Shown in pieces: positions 25,001-36,500 of a stretch of 64,000 bases of DNA. Position numbers and translations under genes: made by a program. The DNA comes from Nemertoderma westbladi (taxonomy: Eukaryota > Animalia > Xenacoelomorpha). The notes below the pieces were generated by a model. It had not been told where the DNA came from. It was given only the letters and a program-made list of their open reading frames with translations, and did no database searches. The stretch is taken from positions 1-64,000 of the forward strand of contig JAUCBJ010000365.1 in assembly GCA_032718475.1 (NCBI GenBank), given 5' to 3'. Each line of letters starts with the position of its first letter. The first letter of the stretch is position 1.

Positions 25001-27255
25001 TCGACTATGTCTCTTTTCTCTGGTTGATCTACCACATCAACCGAACCATCCGTAATCATTTTCTCAAACTTTTTCCTGTACTCCTCCATGTTTGGCGTAG
25101 TTGCCGTCCCAGTTTCGCTTGGTGGTGGCGGTGTTGCTGGTGGTGATTGTGTTGCTATTGGTTCTGGTGAGGTTTTGTGAACTTTGTTTGAATGATACCC
25201 AGATTCATCAGGAACCTCTGTTTGCGCTCCAAACACTGACACTGAAACACAGAGAGGCGTTTCATTACTTAATACTGTCAGTTTATGTACCTTAAAATGG
25301 TCTTAAAATGAAGAGTATTTACGGCAATTATTTTTATTGTGGGGCGAGCCACGAAGTTGGCGGAGCCTTAGCGAATTGACACTGTTAGGGGGTGGGTCAA
25401 TTTATGCAAATAGTTGTCGTCGTCGTCGTCGTCGTCGTTGTCGTCGTCGTCGTTGTCGTCGTCGTTACGATTTTGACATGCTAATAACTTTGTCGGATTT
25501 AAAGCTGCCAAGTTGAAAATTTGTAGGTATCAATATGAGCAAAAGTTGAGATTTTTGAGAGACTTTCAGACACCATCAGTGCAATGGTCTCCCGCTAGAG
25601 GGCCACATGTCTAAACATTAAATGCCCTCCCATTTCTTTGCTTTTAATCCGTTTAAGCTGAAACTTGGCAGATATGTATTAGACCATTAGCTGTGACTTT
25701 CAAAGGAGGCGAATCCATCTGCAGTTCTCCAGTCTGCCGCTAGAGGGCCAACGTGACTATTTGCATAAATTGACCTACCCCCTAACAGTGTCAATTCGCT
25801 AAGGCTCTGCCAACTTCGTGCTGCGCGAAGTATTTATATTATTATACGATCATTAAAACAAAATTGACCTGTAAGGAGCGAGCAGGATAGGGCAGTGCAC
25901 AACCAGGATGAAGCACTGTGCGGTCACAGGTTGTAGTTTATTTTCCACACGCCGCACGTTATTATTAACAAGAAGAAATAATTGCAGAGCTTTATTGTGC
26001 TGATTTACATTCCAGTGCTCGCATCGCTTAATTATAAACAATATTTATATGATATCAGGGTCAGTTGGGACTTCACTCTGTAGTTCTTCGAGATTGCCTT
26101 TTGAGATTGCCGCCTGGTCGTGCGGAAAACCGAATGTCTGTTTCATATTCTGGTTCGCCAGAGTCTTTTACTGAATAGGACTTTAATAACAATATAAATA
26201 TCATCATATTAGCGCCAGCCTAGCCTAGTTGTATGCAATTTATTTAACAAACACAATATTTTTATGATAAATAAATTAATACAAATTGGTTTTAATCAAT
26301 TTGATTGCTTAATTTTTGGTCCAGAGGTTTTGCAATTTTCGCCTTTTGAATTGTTTTATGTTGAGTATTCTGTTAGTTATTCACACGATGTCATTTCAAG
26401 TTGCCATCAATCAGCGAAATAAATAAAGAATAACCATGACGTTCAGGGCTATGTATTGATAGAGGGAGGGTGGTGTCCTAAACCGCGGCAACAAGCCACG
26501 GTCCAGAGATAATATAAAACCTTTAGAATCTGGAACACGTTCGTGGGGACTTCGCGCAGCACGTAGTCGGCAAGCCTTGGCATACGGTTCATATAGAGCA
26601 AATGGGGCATGTCTAGTTTGGACCCAATATCCCATGCTATAAATGTATTCATTCGATATACAATCATATGTTAATCCGCTAGGTGGTGTCAAATTGTTAT
26701 TCTGCAATTTCGTACTTACCAGTGCAGCACTGTACAGCAGTACCGTATCGGTAGGCCTATGTCATTACTTCTGAGTCTCTAGCGGATCCCCAATTAAATG
26801 TCTTAACTTTTCAATTTCGTAAAAGATAGACTTCATGATTCTCTACAGGCCACCAAAATTTCAGCTCAGGAAAATGAGGCCTTCCCGAGAAATTTAACAT
26901 TTTCTAAAAACTACATAATCTGTCGTAGCTGATGTCAGACTGCATGATTTTTCACCAAACTTTACAAACTTTCTAAACTTTCTCTCTACTACTTACCTAC
27001 TAAGTTTGGTTCAATTCCGAACCAGCGATGCAGAGAAATTCGCGTTCAAACATTTACCAGACAGACAGACGGACGGACAGACAGACAGACGGACATGCCC
27101 CATTTGCCCTATATGAACCGTATGCCAAGGCTCGCCGACTACGTGTCTCGCCCCACAAAGGTATTATGGTTTTAGCGGTTGAATCGCTCATCAGATCAAA
27201 GTTATGTCCTACCTGATATGAGAACAAGGACGACTAGAGTTCTGGTGAAATCCAT
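21755..27255 (-). CDS. Paralogue B: secreted HExxH zinc-metallopeptidase-ShKT-FN3 protein, 8 exons, 585 aa
   Basis: Exons 27213-27255, 24860-25241, 24335-24529, 23994-24109, 23568-23786, 23044-23270, 22203-22472, 21755-22060; all GT/AG, phases consistent, total 1758 nt. Confidence 0.88.
22203..22472 (-). CDS. Paralogue B exon 7 (ShKT)
   Basis: CDDGSSACGYWKDIGECRNNPGFMFSVCRATCGYC. Confidence 0.88.
23044..23270 (-). CDS. Paralogue B exon 6
   Basis: AEWMGENMMHYF...NTRNELKSYDRAAYDL. Confidence 0.88.
23568..23786 (-). CDS. Paralogue B exon 5 (HELGH)
   Basis: NIYLHELGHGIHLIG; GT/AG. Confidence 0.88.
23994..24109 (-). CDS. Paralogue B exon 4
   Basis: QDIRNAMYNSQARVAIMSKDE; 116 nt. Confidence 0.85.
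24335..24529 (-). CDS. Paralogue B exon 3
   Basis: GYAWRNVNC...DPFYKKYLHAYGIPILSS...ACYITWFMMLD; 195 nt. Confidence 0.88.
24860..25241 (-). CDS. Paralogue B exon 2 (Pro/Thr-rich pro-region)
   Basis: SVFGAQTEV...KRSMNYWFPD; GT/AG. Confidence 0.85.
25333..25835 (+). mobile_element. Helentron/HINE-like non-autonomous element with (GTC)n and ~65-bp internal inverted arms
   Basis: 25350-25414 is inverted at 25756-25820; (GTC)n at 25415-25465; starts after a T-run with gtggggcgag. Confidence 0.6.
26548..27160 (-). mobile_element. Second related Helentron/HINE-like element in the opposite orientation, with (GACA)n
   Basis: Same termini reversed (acttcgcgcagcac ... ctcgccccacaa); 26560-26612 is inverted at 27092-27144. 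Confidence 0.6.
27213..27255 (-). CDS. Paralogue B exon 1 (signal peptide MDFTRTLVVLVLIS)
   Basis: ATG at 27255, donor TCAG|GTAGG, phase 1. Confidence 0.8.
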
Positions 27256-27326
27256 CTTTGTCGATCTTCGACGAAATTTACAGAAAGTTGTGAAAACTGT
27301 GAATACTTAATCGCCATCCCTGCTTC

Positions 27327-27334
27327 TATATATA
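27327..27334 (-). promoter_or_regulatory. Candidate TATA box, paralogue B
   Basis: TATATATA about 72 nt upstream of the ATG; context conserved with A. Confidence 0.5.
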
Positions 27335-28440
27335 CAAAATAAGACGTGCAATTAATTTTTGGTACTTAACATTCTGGCGTTCATTTTCCTTTATTTACTG
27401 CAGATTTTAACACAATAAACGATCAAGTTGTTTGAGTTTTTGCTTTTACTTTGTTGGTTACTGTCAAATAATTAACTTTCAGCATTTATTAGGAATGGCC
27501 CGAGGGCCATAGATTGTTTGCGTACCATGGACCATAGTGGGTGGTATATCGACGCAAATCACAAATAATTACGTAACATTATCGTCATGATGGGCGGTTG
27601 TTGAAGATGCCTTGTCACTTTTAATCGATGGATGCAACGCAACGCTGTATTGTACTACTACAATGGCTCCAGTCCGTGGTAAGGAAATTATCAGTAACAT
27701 TAATTAATAAGTTATTTCTACCGTATAATTCCATCTATATTGTTTTATTATGTTGTTAATGTTAAGAGAATCCGTAAGGTAGGAGTTGCCTTATTATGAG
27801 TCTCAAATACTTGGTATTTATATATTTCTAGAGTCTGGAAGGGGCAATCTCAGCATCAATGTCGCCGAAACATAATTCAACCTCCCTCTACGAGTTCAAC
27901 TATTAGAGCAGTCAATTCTACAGTAAGCAGTACACAATAACTAAAAATAAATTCAGCTGACCAGCTATTCTCATGAATCTAATATTCGCTTTCATTCGAT
28001 TCAGTGAGTGTGAGAGGGCCATCATCTGAGGTGCAACTAAATTACAAACACGCAGTAGGTTTAATTAATGTTTGCCTATGGTTTGAAGGGGAGTCTGAGA
28101 TAGAGTAATACCAGCCCTGAATTATCATTGGCTACCAATTCAAGTTTACTCAAAAAACTAGCAAAACATATACTTTCTGCACCAGATAATTTACTCATTG
28201 ACCAAATATTATACAAGCGGGTCAAAAAAATTAAATCTGGCCAAAATAATAAAAAAAAGAACAAAACACATACTTTTCAAAAAAAAATAATTTAATTGTT
28301 GACCCAAAAATTCATCTGAACTAATGTTATAAATTCGACCCAAAAATTAAAACATCAGCCCCGAAACACACATTTACTACACTAAAACATATAAATTCAA
28401 CAACAATAGTCAGATATATGATATATATTTCCATAGAGTC

Positions 28441-28626
28441 AGCTTTTTCTAACCAAAACAATAAACTATGTTGTTACCATTTGAGGGAAAGTACCAGATT
28501 ACAGAGACGGCTTTTTCTAACCAAAACAATAAACTATGTTGTTACCATTTGAGGGAAAGTACCAGATTACAGAGACGGCTTTTTCTAACCAAAACAATAA
28601 ACTATGTTATTACCATTTGAGGGAAA
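28441..28626. repeat. About 2.5 tandem copies of a ~70-bp unit
   Basis: ttttctaaccaaaacaataaactatgttgttaccatttgagggaaa repeated; related motifs also occur at 9285-9365 and 10190-10300. Confidence 0.8.
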
Positions 28627-29241
28627 CGTTTTATAATAAAAACAAGAAACGCTATCCATTGAATAGCATTACTTTGCCCAGACATTCAATTTTTTATGAG
28701 CAGAGCACCCGTTGATACATGATATGAATGAATTGTTAAAATTCGCTCTTGTTTTCTAAGTAAAAAAAGTTGAAACGTTTCTTTTTTACCGCGATTTCAC
28801 AAGCACCTTTTAGAAATCTATTTTCTAGGATCAATCAAAACTTCATTAAAATTGTTTGAGCCGTTTTTGCTCTAGATCAGCAGTAGCCAGACAGTCAGAA
28901 TTTTTTCTTACAGTAACCAAGTCTACGAATTGCTAATTACATTCTTTGAGCACTGACTACGAATATATAGGAAATTATTGATGATAATATGTGTGAAATC
29001 ATTGAATTTTAATTGATTTGGTGCCCAATCTTTCTATCTTTGATCTTAACAATGCATCTATCTGTGCGGAAATGGCGTTTAATCAACGAATAGTTTAGAG
29101 AGCATTCGATTAATCAATAAGTGATAAACATGTTTTTATTGGCGACTTCACCTATAAAACATGCCTACTCGATCGTAACTCCCTTAATAACGTTATAAAT
29201 ATTACAATTATTTATAACATTTTTAAGTTTAATAATTTATT

Positions 29242-29521
29242 AAAGTAAAAGTAAAGTAAATTTTCTTCGGCCACTAGGCCAGGGATTACGCACAAAGTCT
29301 GACGACTTATTTCCAGTGCGGTCCCCCCAGAACTTTACTCCCCAGAGGAAACTCTAGTACTCATTTAGCTACCACTTAAGGATGCAAGGCAGAGATGCGC
29401 CCTGGCTGGTCCCTTTAAAGCATTCGTGCCGAAACGAAAACTGCCCTGGTCCATGTGAGGATCGAACCCACGACCTACAGGAGATGTGAATTCAATGCAA
29501 CCACTACACCAAGGTGGAACC
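29242..29521 (-). mobile_element. tRNA-derived SINE
   Basis: The minus strand has an A box (TGGTGTAGTGG), a B box (GGTTCGATCC), a central TAAATGAGTAC motif and a (TTTAC)n tail. Confidence 0.75.
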
Positions 29522-29865
29522 ACGGCTCCTGAAATTACCGCGACTTCAGTCGAAGTCTACCTTATCATGGGGGGGGGGGGGGGGGGGGTGGGGGGGTTCG
29601 ACGCAATAAAAATTAATCCCTCTCCAGGGGAAATTCGACGCAAATAACTGCTGATTACTTGCAAAAATAATACCGTAACCTGTTTTATTGACTTTAATTT
29701 ATTGTTTTGGTTAGAATAACCTGCTACTGTAACCGGCTCCTTTCCCTAAATTGAAAATTTAACATTGGGGCGGCATTACTCCGCCGAGATGCGAATTGCG
29801 TCAGGTCCCCCCATCCCCCTGCCCAACAGGGTCAACTTTTACGCTGTTACTTTTTAACGCTTTAC

Positions 29866-30378
29866 CACCCCAATTAGCTCCCTTATTATCACCACCCCAA
29901 TTACCTCGCTTGTCTAAGCACCTATATTAGCTTCCTTGTCTCACCACCCCAATTATCTCCCTTATCTGACCACCCCAATTAGCTCCCTTATTAGAACACC
30001 CCAATTAGCTCCCCTGTCTGACCCAATTAGCTCCCTTGTCTGACCACTAGCCCCATTATCTGACCACCCAATTAGCTATCTTGTCTAACCACGCCAATTA
30101 GCTTCCTTGTCAACCACACCAACTAGCTACCTTATCTAACCACCCAATTAGCTACCTTATCTAACCACCCCAATTAGCCCCCTTATTTGACTACACCAAT
30201 TAGCTACCTTATCTAATCACCCCAATTAGCCCCCTTATTTGACTACACCAATTAGCTACCTTATCTAACCACCCCAATTAGCCCCCTTATTTGACTACAC
30301 CAATTAGCTACCTTATCTAATCACCCCAATTAGCCCCCTTATTTGACTACACCAATTAGCTACCTTATCTAATCACCT
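29866..30378. repeat. ~24-bp minisatellite (ccaccccaattagctaccttatctaa-like), about 20 copies, upstream of paralogue C
   Basis: Directly visible; the 3' part alternates two unit types. Confidence 0.9.
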
Positions 30379-30469
30379 CCTGCTCATTCGACAATAAATT
30401 ATTTGACTGCCATGATTTCTTCGATATCTATAGAATTACAATAGTTATAATTAATTTTATGTCCCGGGA

Positions 30470-30530
30470 ATGAAGATGCTGGATCATAAACCGTACCTAA
30501 AGTACCTAGTGGTTCTGTTTGTGTTATCAG
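30470..30530 (+). CDS. Paralogue C exon 1 (signal peptide MKMLDHKPYLKYLVVLFVLS)
   Basis: Hydrophobic stretch ending TCAG|GTAATT, phase 1 as in A and B; the start could instead be ATG 30476. Confidence 0.7.
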
Positions 30531-33500
30531 GTAATTGTTTGGTCCGACAGCCAGTACCTAGTGGTTCTGTTTGTGTTATCAGGTAATTGCTTGGTCCGAC
30601 CAGCCAGTACCTAGTGGTTCTGCTTGTGTTATCAGGTAATTGTTTGGTCCGACCAGCCAGTAACTAGTGGTTCTGCTTGTGTTATCAGGTAATTGTTTGG
30701 TCCGACCAGCCAGTACCTAGTGGTTCTGCTTGTGTTATCAGGTAATTGTTTGGTCCGACCAGCCAGTAACTAGTGGTTCTGCTTGTGTTATCAGGTAATT
30801 GTTTGGTCCGACAGCCAGTACCTAGTGGTTCTGCTTGTGTTATCAGGTAATTGTTTTTTCCGACCAGCCAGTACCTAGTGGTTCTGCTTGTGTTATCAGG
30901 TAATTGCTTGGTCCGACCAGCCAGTACCTAGTGGTTCTGCTTGTGTTATCAGGTAATTGTTTGGTCCGACCAGCCAGTAACTAGTGGTTCTGCTTGTGTT
31001 ATCAGGTAATTGTTTGGTCCGACCAGCCAGTACCTAGTGGTTTTGCTTGTGTTATCAGGTAATTGTTTGGTCCGACAGCCAGTACCTAGTGGTTCTGCTT
31101 GTGTTATCAGGTAATTGTTTGGTCCGACCAGCCAGTAACTAGTGGTTCTGCTTGTGTTATCAGGTAATTGTTTGGTCCGACAGCCAGTACCTAGTGGTTC
31201 TGCTTTTGTTATCAGGTAATTGTTTTTTCCGACCAGCCAGTACCTAGTGGTTCTGCTTGTGTTATCAGGTAATTGCTTGGTCCGACCAGCCAGTACCTAG
31301 TGGTTCTGCTTGTGTTATCAGGTAATTGCTTGGTCCGACCAGCCAGTACCTAGTGGTTCTGCTTGTGTTATCAGGTAATTGTTTGGTCCGACCAGCCAGT
31401 AACTAGTGGTTCTGCTTGTGTTATCAGGTAATTGTTTGGTCCGACAGCCAGTACCTAGTGGTTTTGCTTGTGTTATCAGGTAATTGTTTGGTCCGACCAG
31501 CCAGTACCTAGTGGTTCTGCTTGTGTTATCAGTTAACTGTTTGGTCCGACCAGCCAGTACCTAGTGGTTCTGCTTGTGTTATCAGGTAATTGTTTGGTCC
31601 GACCACCCAGTAACTAGTGGTTCTGCTTGTGTTATCAGGTAATTGTTTGGTCCGACAGCCAGTACCTAGTGGTTCTGCTTGTGTTATCAGGTAATTGTTT
31701 TTTCCGACCAGCCAGTACCTAGTGGTTCTGCTTGTGTTATCAGGTAATTGCTTGGTCCGACCAGCCAGTACCTAGTGGTTCTGCTTGTGTTATCAGGTAA
31801 TTGTTTGGTCCGACCAGCCAGTAACTAGTGGTTCTGCTTGTGTTATCAGGTAATTGTTTGGTCCGACCAGCCAGTACCTAGTGGTTTTGCTTGTGTTATC
31901 AGGTAATTGTTTGGTCCGACAGCCAGTACCTAGTGGTTCTGCTTGTGTTATCAGGTAATTGTTTGGTCCGACCAGCCAGTAACTAGTGGTTCTGCTTGTG
32001 TTATCAGGTAATTGTTTGGTCCGACAGCCAGTACCTAGTGGTTTTGCTTGTGTTATCAGGTAATTGTTTGGTCCGACCAGCCAGTACCTAGTGGTTCTGC
32101 TTGTGTTATCAGTTAACTGTTTGGTCCGACCAGCCAGTACCTAGTGGTTCTGCTTGTGTTATCAGGTAATTGTTTGGGCCGACCAGCCTTTTAATCCTTC
32201 ACTAAACCATTATAAATAAAAATTTTATTATGTAACATAGGAAAAAAAACATTTAATATTAGTAACCACAATATGGTAATTAAATTTATGTAATATTATT
32301 AACCACAACATAACATAATTATAATTATTTGTATTGAGTTTATTGGGTTTGTATTATGTCCATGCATTAACGAATACCTATTGATGAAAGTTGTATATCT
32401 TTTGAGACACTTTCCTTCCTTCCATAACCTTCCATAAACGAAATGTTATCTATTTTTAGCACGTGGAGATGATTCTGCCACAGCTAGAACTCTTGGAAAC
32501 GAGTTGACATACAGGAGTCATAAAGAAACGTCCCCGCCACCGGCGCCCACCAATGCACCACCAGCCACACCAGCTCCACCACCAAGCGTTAAAGAATGGT
32601 CAATGTCAGTGAAGGATCTTATAATGGTTGATGGAGCAAATCGGGCGAAGAGAGATGCAGTCGACCCCGATACGTTACCTAAACCAGCCGGCGCAGCAGA
32701 TAGAGTGGCTGCCTTGAGTTCCTTAACTAAACGTTACGAACCGGCGGAGAATATTCGTAAAAAATCCATTGATAATAAACCATCGACAAACAATCCTAAG
32801 AATCCTTGGTTTGCAGAAAGGTAAATCATTTAGTTTTTGTTTTTTGCCTTAGTTGAGTAGTTGTAGTGCCTTAGTAGAGTAGTTACAGTGCCTTAGTAGA
32901 GTAGTTGTAGTGCCTTAGTAGAGTAGTTGCAGTGCCTTAGTAGAGTAGTTGCAGTGCCTTAGTAGAGTAGTTGCAGTGCCTTAGTAGAGTAGTTGCAGTG
33001 CCTTAGTAGAGTAGTTGCAGTGCCTTAGTAGAGTAGTTGCAGTGCCTTAGTAGAGTAGTTGCAGTGCCTTAGTAGAGTAGTTGCAGTGCCTTAGTAGAGT
33101 AGTTGCAGTGCCTTAGTAGAGTAGTTGCAGTGCCTTTGTAGTGTAGTTGCAGTGCCTTAGTAGAGTAGTTGCAGTGCCTTAGTAGAGTAGTTGCAGTGCC
33201 TTAGTAGAGTAGTTGCAGTGCCTTTGTAGTGTAGTTGCAGTGCCTTAGTAGATTAGTTGCAGTGCCTTAGTAGATTAGTTGCAGTGCCTTAGTAGAGTAG
33301 TTGCAGTGCCTTAGTAGAGTAGTTGCAGTGCCTTAGTAGAGTAGTTGCAGTGCCTTAGTAGAGTAGTTGCAGTGCCTTTGTAGTGTAGTTGCAGTGCCTT
33401 AGTAGAGTAGTTGCAGTGCCTTAGTAGAGTAGTTGCAGTGCCTTAGTAGAGTAGTTGCAGTGCCTTAGTAGAGTAGTTGCAGTACCTTAGTAGAGTAGTT

Positions 33501-36500
33501 GCAGTGCCTTAGTAGAGTAGTTGCAGTACCTTTGTAGTGTAGTTGCAGTGCCTTAGTAGAGTAGTTGCAGTGCCTTAGTAGTGTAGTTGCAGTGCCTTAG
33601 TAGAGTAGTTGCAGTACCTTAGTAGTGTAGTTGCAGTGCCTTAGTAGAGTAGTTGCAGTGCCTTAGTAGAGTAGTTGCAGTGCCTTAGTAGAGTAGTTGC
33701 AGTACCTTAGTAGAGTAGTTGCAGGGTACTTTTGCACTTTAGGTCCCCACCCCTAGATTTTTTTTGTTTTCTCCTTTCTGAGATTTTCACCTTCTGAGAG
33801 AGGTTACCTATTATTTTTTATTAAGGTAGCTAGTGTTTTTAAAGGTAGCTAGTGATCTTAAAATTACAAAAGAAATTTTGTAGTGCCCCTTTTATTTAGA
33901 CAATTTCCATATCATCAATAGATTCTCGCAATTAATAAAAAGATAAATAAATCTAGTAATAAGTAAAATAGGCCTAAATAAGTAAAATAAGTAAAAACTC
34001 TATCTATCTACTCTGCCTATATTTTGTATAAAATATAAAAAATTAGCTAGTGAATAATTACTAGCTACTTTGACTATCAAATAAAAATTACTAGCTACCA
34101 TTACTCATAAATTATTCCATACAAATATATAATTGAGAATTAAATTACCAGTATATCCTACATTTACTAGCTAATAAATAGTACTAGCTAACACAAAATT
34201 AAAAGTACTAGCTACCATCTTACTGTCAGAAGGTCAAATATTTGTTCTAGATAAAAAACCTCATAATAAAATATATTTTTACAAGAAAAAAGTTGGTCAA
34301 TTTTTTTTTCAATTTTTCAATTATAATTTTTTTCACTAGCTAATAAAAAGTACTAGCTATAACACAAAAACAAAATTACTAGCTACCATCGTACTGGCAG
34401 AAGGTTAAATATTTGTTCTAGAACAAAAAACCTCATGATAAATCTCAGAAAGGAGAAAACAAAAAAAATCTAGGGGTGGGGACCTAAAGTGCAAAAGTAC
34501 CTTTGTAGTGTAGTTGCAGTGCCTTAGTAGAGTAGTTGCAGTGCCTTAGTAGAGTAGTTGCAGTGCCTTAGTAGAGTAGTTGCAGTGCCTTAGTAGAGTA
34601 GTTGCAGTGCCTTAGTAGAGTAGTTGCAGTGCCTTAGTAGAGTAGTTGCAGTACCTTAGTAGAGTAGTTGCAGTGCCTTAGTAGAGTAGTTGTAGTGCCT
34701 TAGTAGAGTAGTTGCAGTGCCTTAGTAGAGTAGTTGCAGTGCCTTAGTAGAGTAGTTGCAGTACCTTAGTAGTGTAGTTGCAGTGCCTTAGTAGTGTAGT
34801 TGCAGTGCCTTAGTAGAGTAGTTGCAGTGTCTTAGTAGAGTAGTTGCAGTGCCTTAGTAGAGTAGTTGCAGTGCCTTAGTAGAGTAGTTGCAGTGCCTTA
34901 GTAGAGTAGTTGCAGTGCCTTAGTAGAGTAGTTGCAGTGCCTTAGTAGAGTAGTTGCAGTGCCTTAGTAGAGTAGTTGCAGTGCCTTAGTAGAGTAGTTG
35001 CAGTGCCTTAGTAGAGTAGTTGCAGTGCCTTAGTAGAGTAGTTGCAGTGCCTTAGTAGAGTAGTTGCAGTGCCTTAGTAGAGTAGTTGCAGTGCCTTAGT
35101 AGAGTAGTTGCAGTGCCTTAGTAGAGTAGTTGCAGTGCCTTAGTAGAGTAGTTGCAGTGCCTTAGTAGAGTAGTTGCAGTGCCTTAGTAGAGTAGTTGCA
35201 GTGCCTTTGTAGTGTAGTTGCAGTGCCTTAGTAGAGTAGTTGCAGTGCCTTAGTAGAGTAGTTGCAGTGCCTTAGTAGAGTAGTTGCAGTGCCTTAGTAG
35301 AGTAGTTGCAGTACCTTAGTAGAGTAGTTGCAGTGCCTTAGTAGAGTAGTTGCAGTACCTTTGTAGTGTAGTTGCAGTGCCTTAGTAGAGTAGTTGCAGT
35401 GCCTTAGTAGTGTAGTTGCAGTGCCTTAGTAGAGTAGTTGCAGTACCTTAGTAGTGTAGTTGCAGTGCCTTAGTAGAGTAGTTGCAGTGCCTTAGTAGAG
35501 TAGTTGCAGTGCCTTAGTAGAGTAGTTGCAGTACCTTAGTAGAGTAGTTGCAGTGCCTTTGTAGTGTAGTTGCAGTGCCTTAGTAGAGTAGTTGCAGTGC
35601 CTTAGTAGAGTAGTTGCAGTGCCTTAGTAGAGTAGTTGCAGTGCCTTAGTAGAGTAGTTGCAGTGCCTTAGTAGAGTAGTTGCAGTGCCTTAGTAGAGTA
35701 GTTGCAGTACCTTAGTAGAGTAGTTGCAGTGCCTTAGTAGAGTAGTTGTAGTGCCTTAGTAGAGTAGTTGCAGTGCCTTAGTAGAGTAGTTGCAGTGCCT
35801 TAGTAGAGTAGTTGCAGTACCTTAGTAGTGTAGTTGCAGTGCCTTAGTAGTGTAGTTGCAGTGCCTTAGTAGAGTAGTTGCAGTGTCTTAGTAGAGTAGT
35901 TGCAGTGCCTTAGTAGAGTAGTTGCAGTGCCTTAGTAGAGTAGTTGCAGTGCCTTAGTAGAGTAGTTGCAGTGCCTTAGTAGAGTAGTTGCAGTGCCTTA
36001 GTAGAGTAGTTGCAGTGCCTTAGTAGAGTAGTTGCAGTGCCTTAGTAGAGTAGTTGCAGTGCCTTAGTAGAGTAGTTGCAGTGCCTTAGTAGAGTAGTTG
36101 CAGTGCCTTAGTAGAGTAGTTGCAGTGCCTTAGTAGAGTAGTTGCAGTGCCTTAGTAGAGTAGTTGCAGTGCCTTAGTAGAGTAGTTGCAGTGCCTTAGT
36201 AGAGTAGTTGCAGTGCCTTAGTAGAGTAGTTGTAGTGCCTTAGTAGAGTAGTTGCAGTACCTTAGTAGAGTAGTTGCAGTACCTTAGTAGAGTAGTTGCA
36301 GTGCCTTAGTAGAGTAGTTGCAGTGCCTTAGTAGAGTAGTTGCAGTGCCTTAGTAGTGTAGTTGCAGTACCTTAGTAGAGTAGTTGCAGTGCCTTAGTAG
36401 AGTAGTTGCAGTGCCTTAGTAGAGTAGTTGCAGTGCCTTAGTAGAGTAGTTGCAGTGCCTTAGTAGAGTAGTTGCAGTGCCTTAGTAGAGTAGTTGCAGT

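Noticed and set aside
27168-27195. Hammerhead-like CTGATGA-GCG...CGC on the minus strand
   Set aside because: Followed by TAAAAC rather than GAAAC, and no stem I or stem III can be formed.
21755-27255. Bacterial contamination as the source of the bacterial-like peptidase
   Set aside because: The genes have canonical spliceosomal introns and ShKT domains and are interleaved with animal LINEs and SINEs.
29445-29521. tRNA gene
   Set aside because: A and B boxes are present but there is no convincing cloverleaf; it continues into a SINE body and tail.
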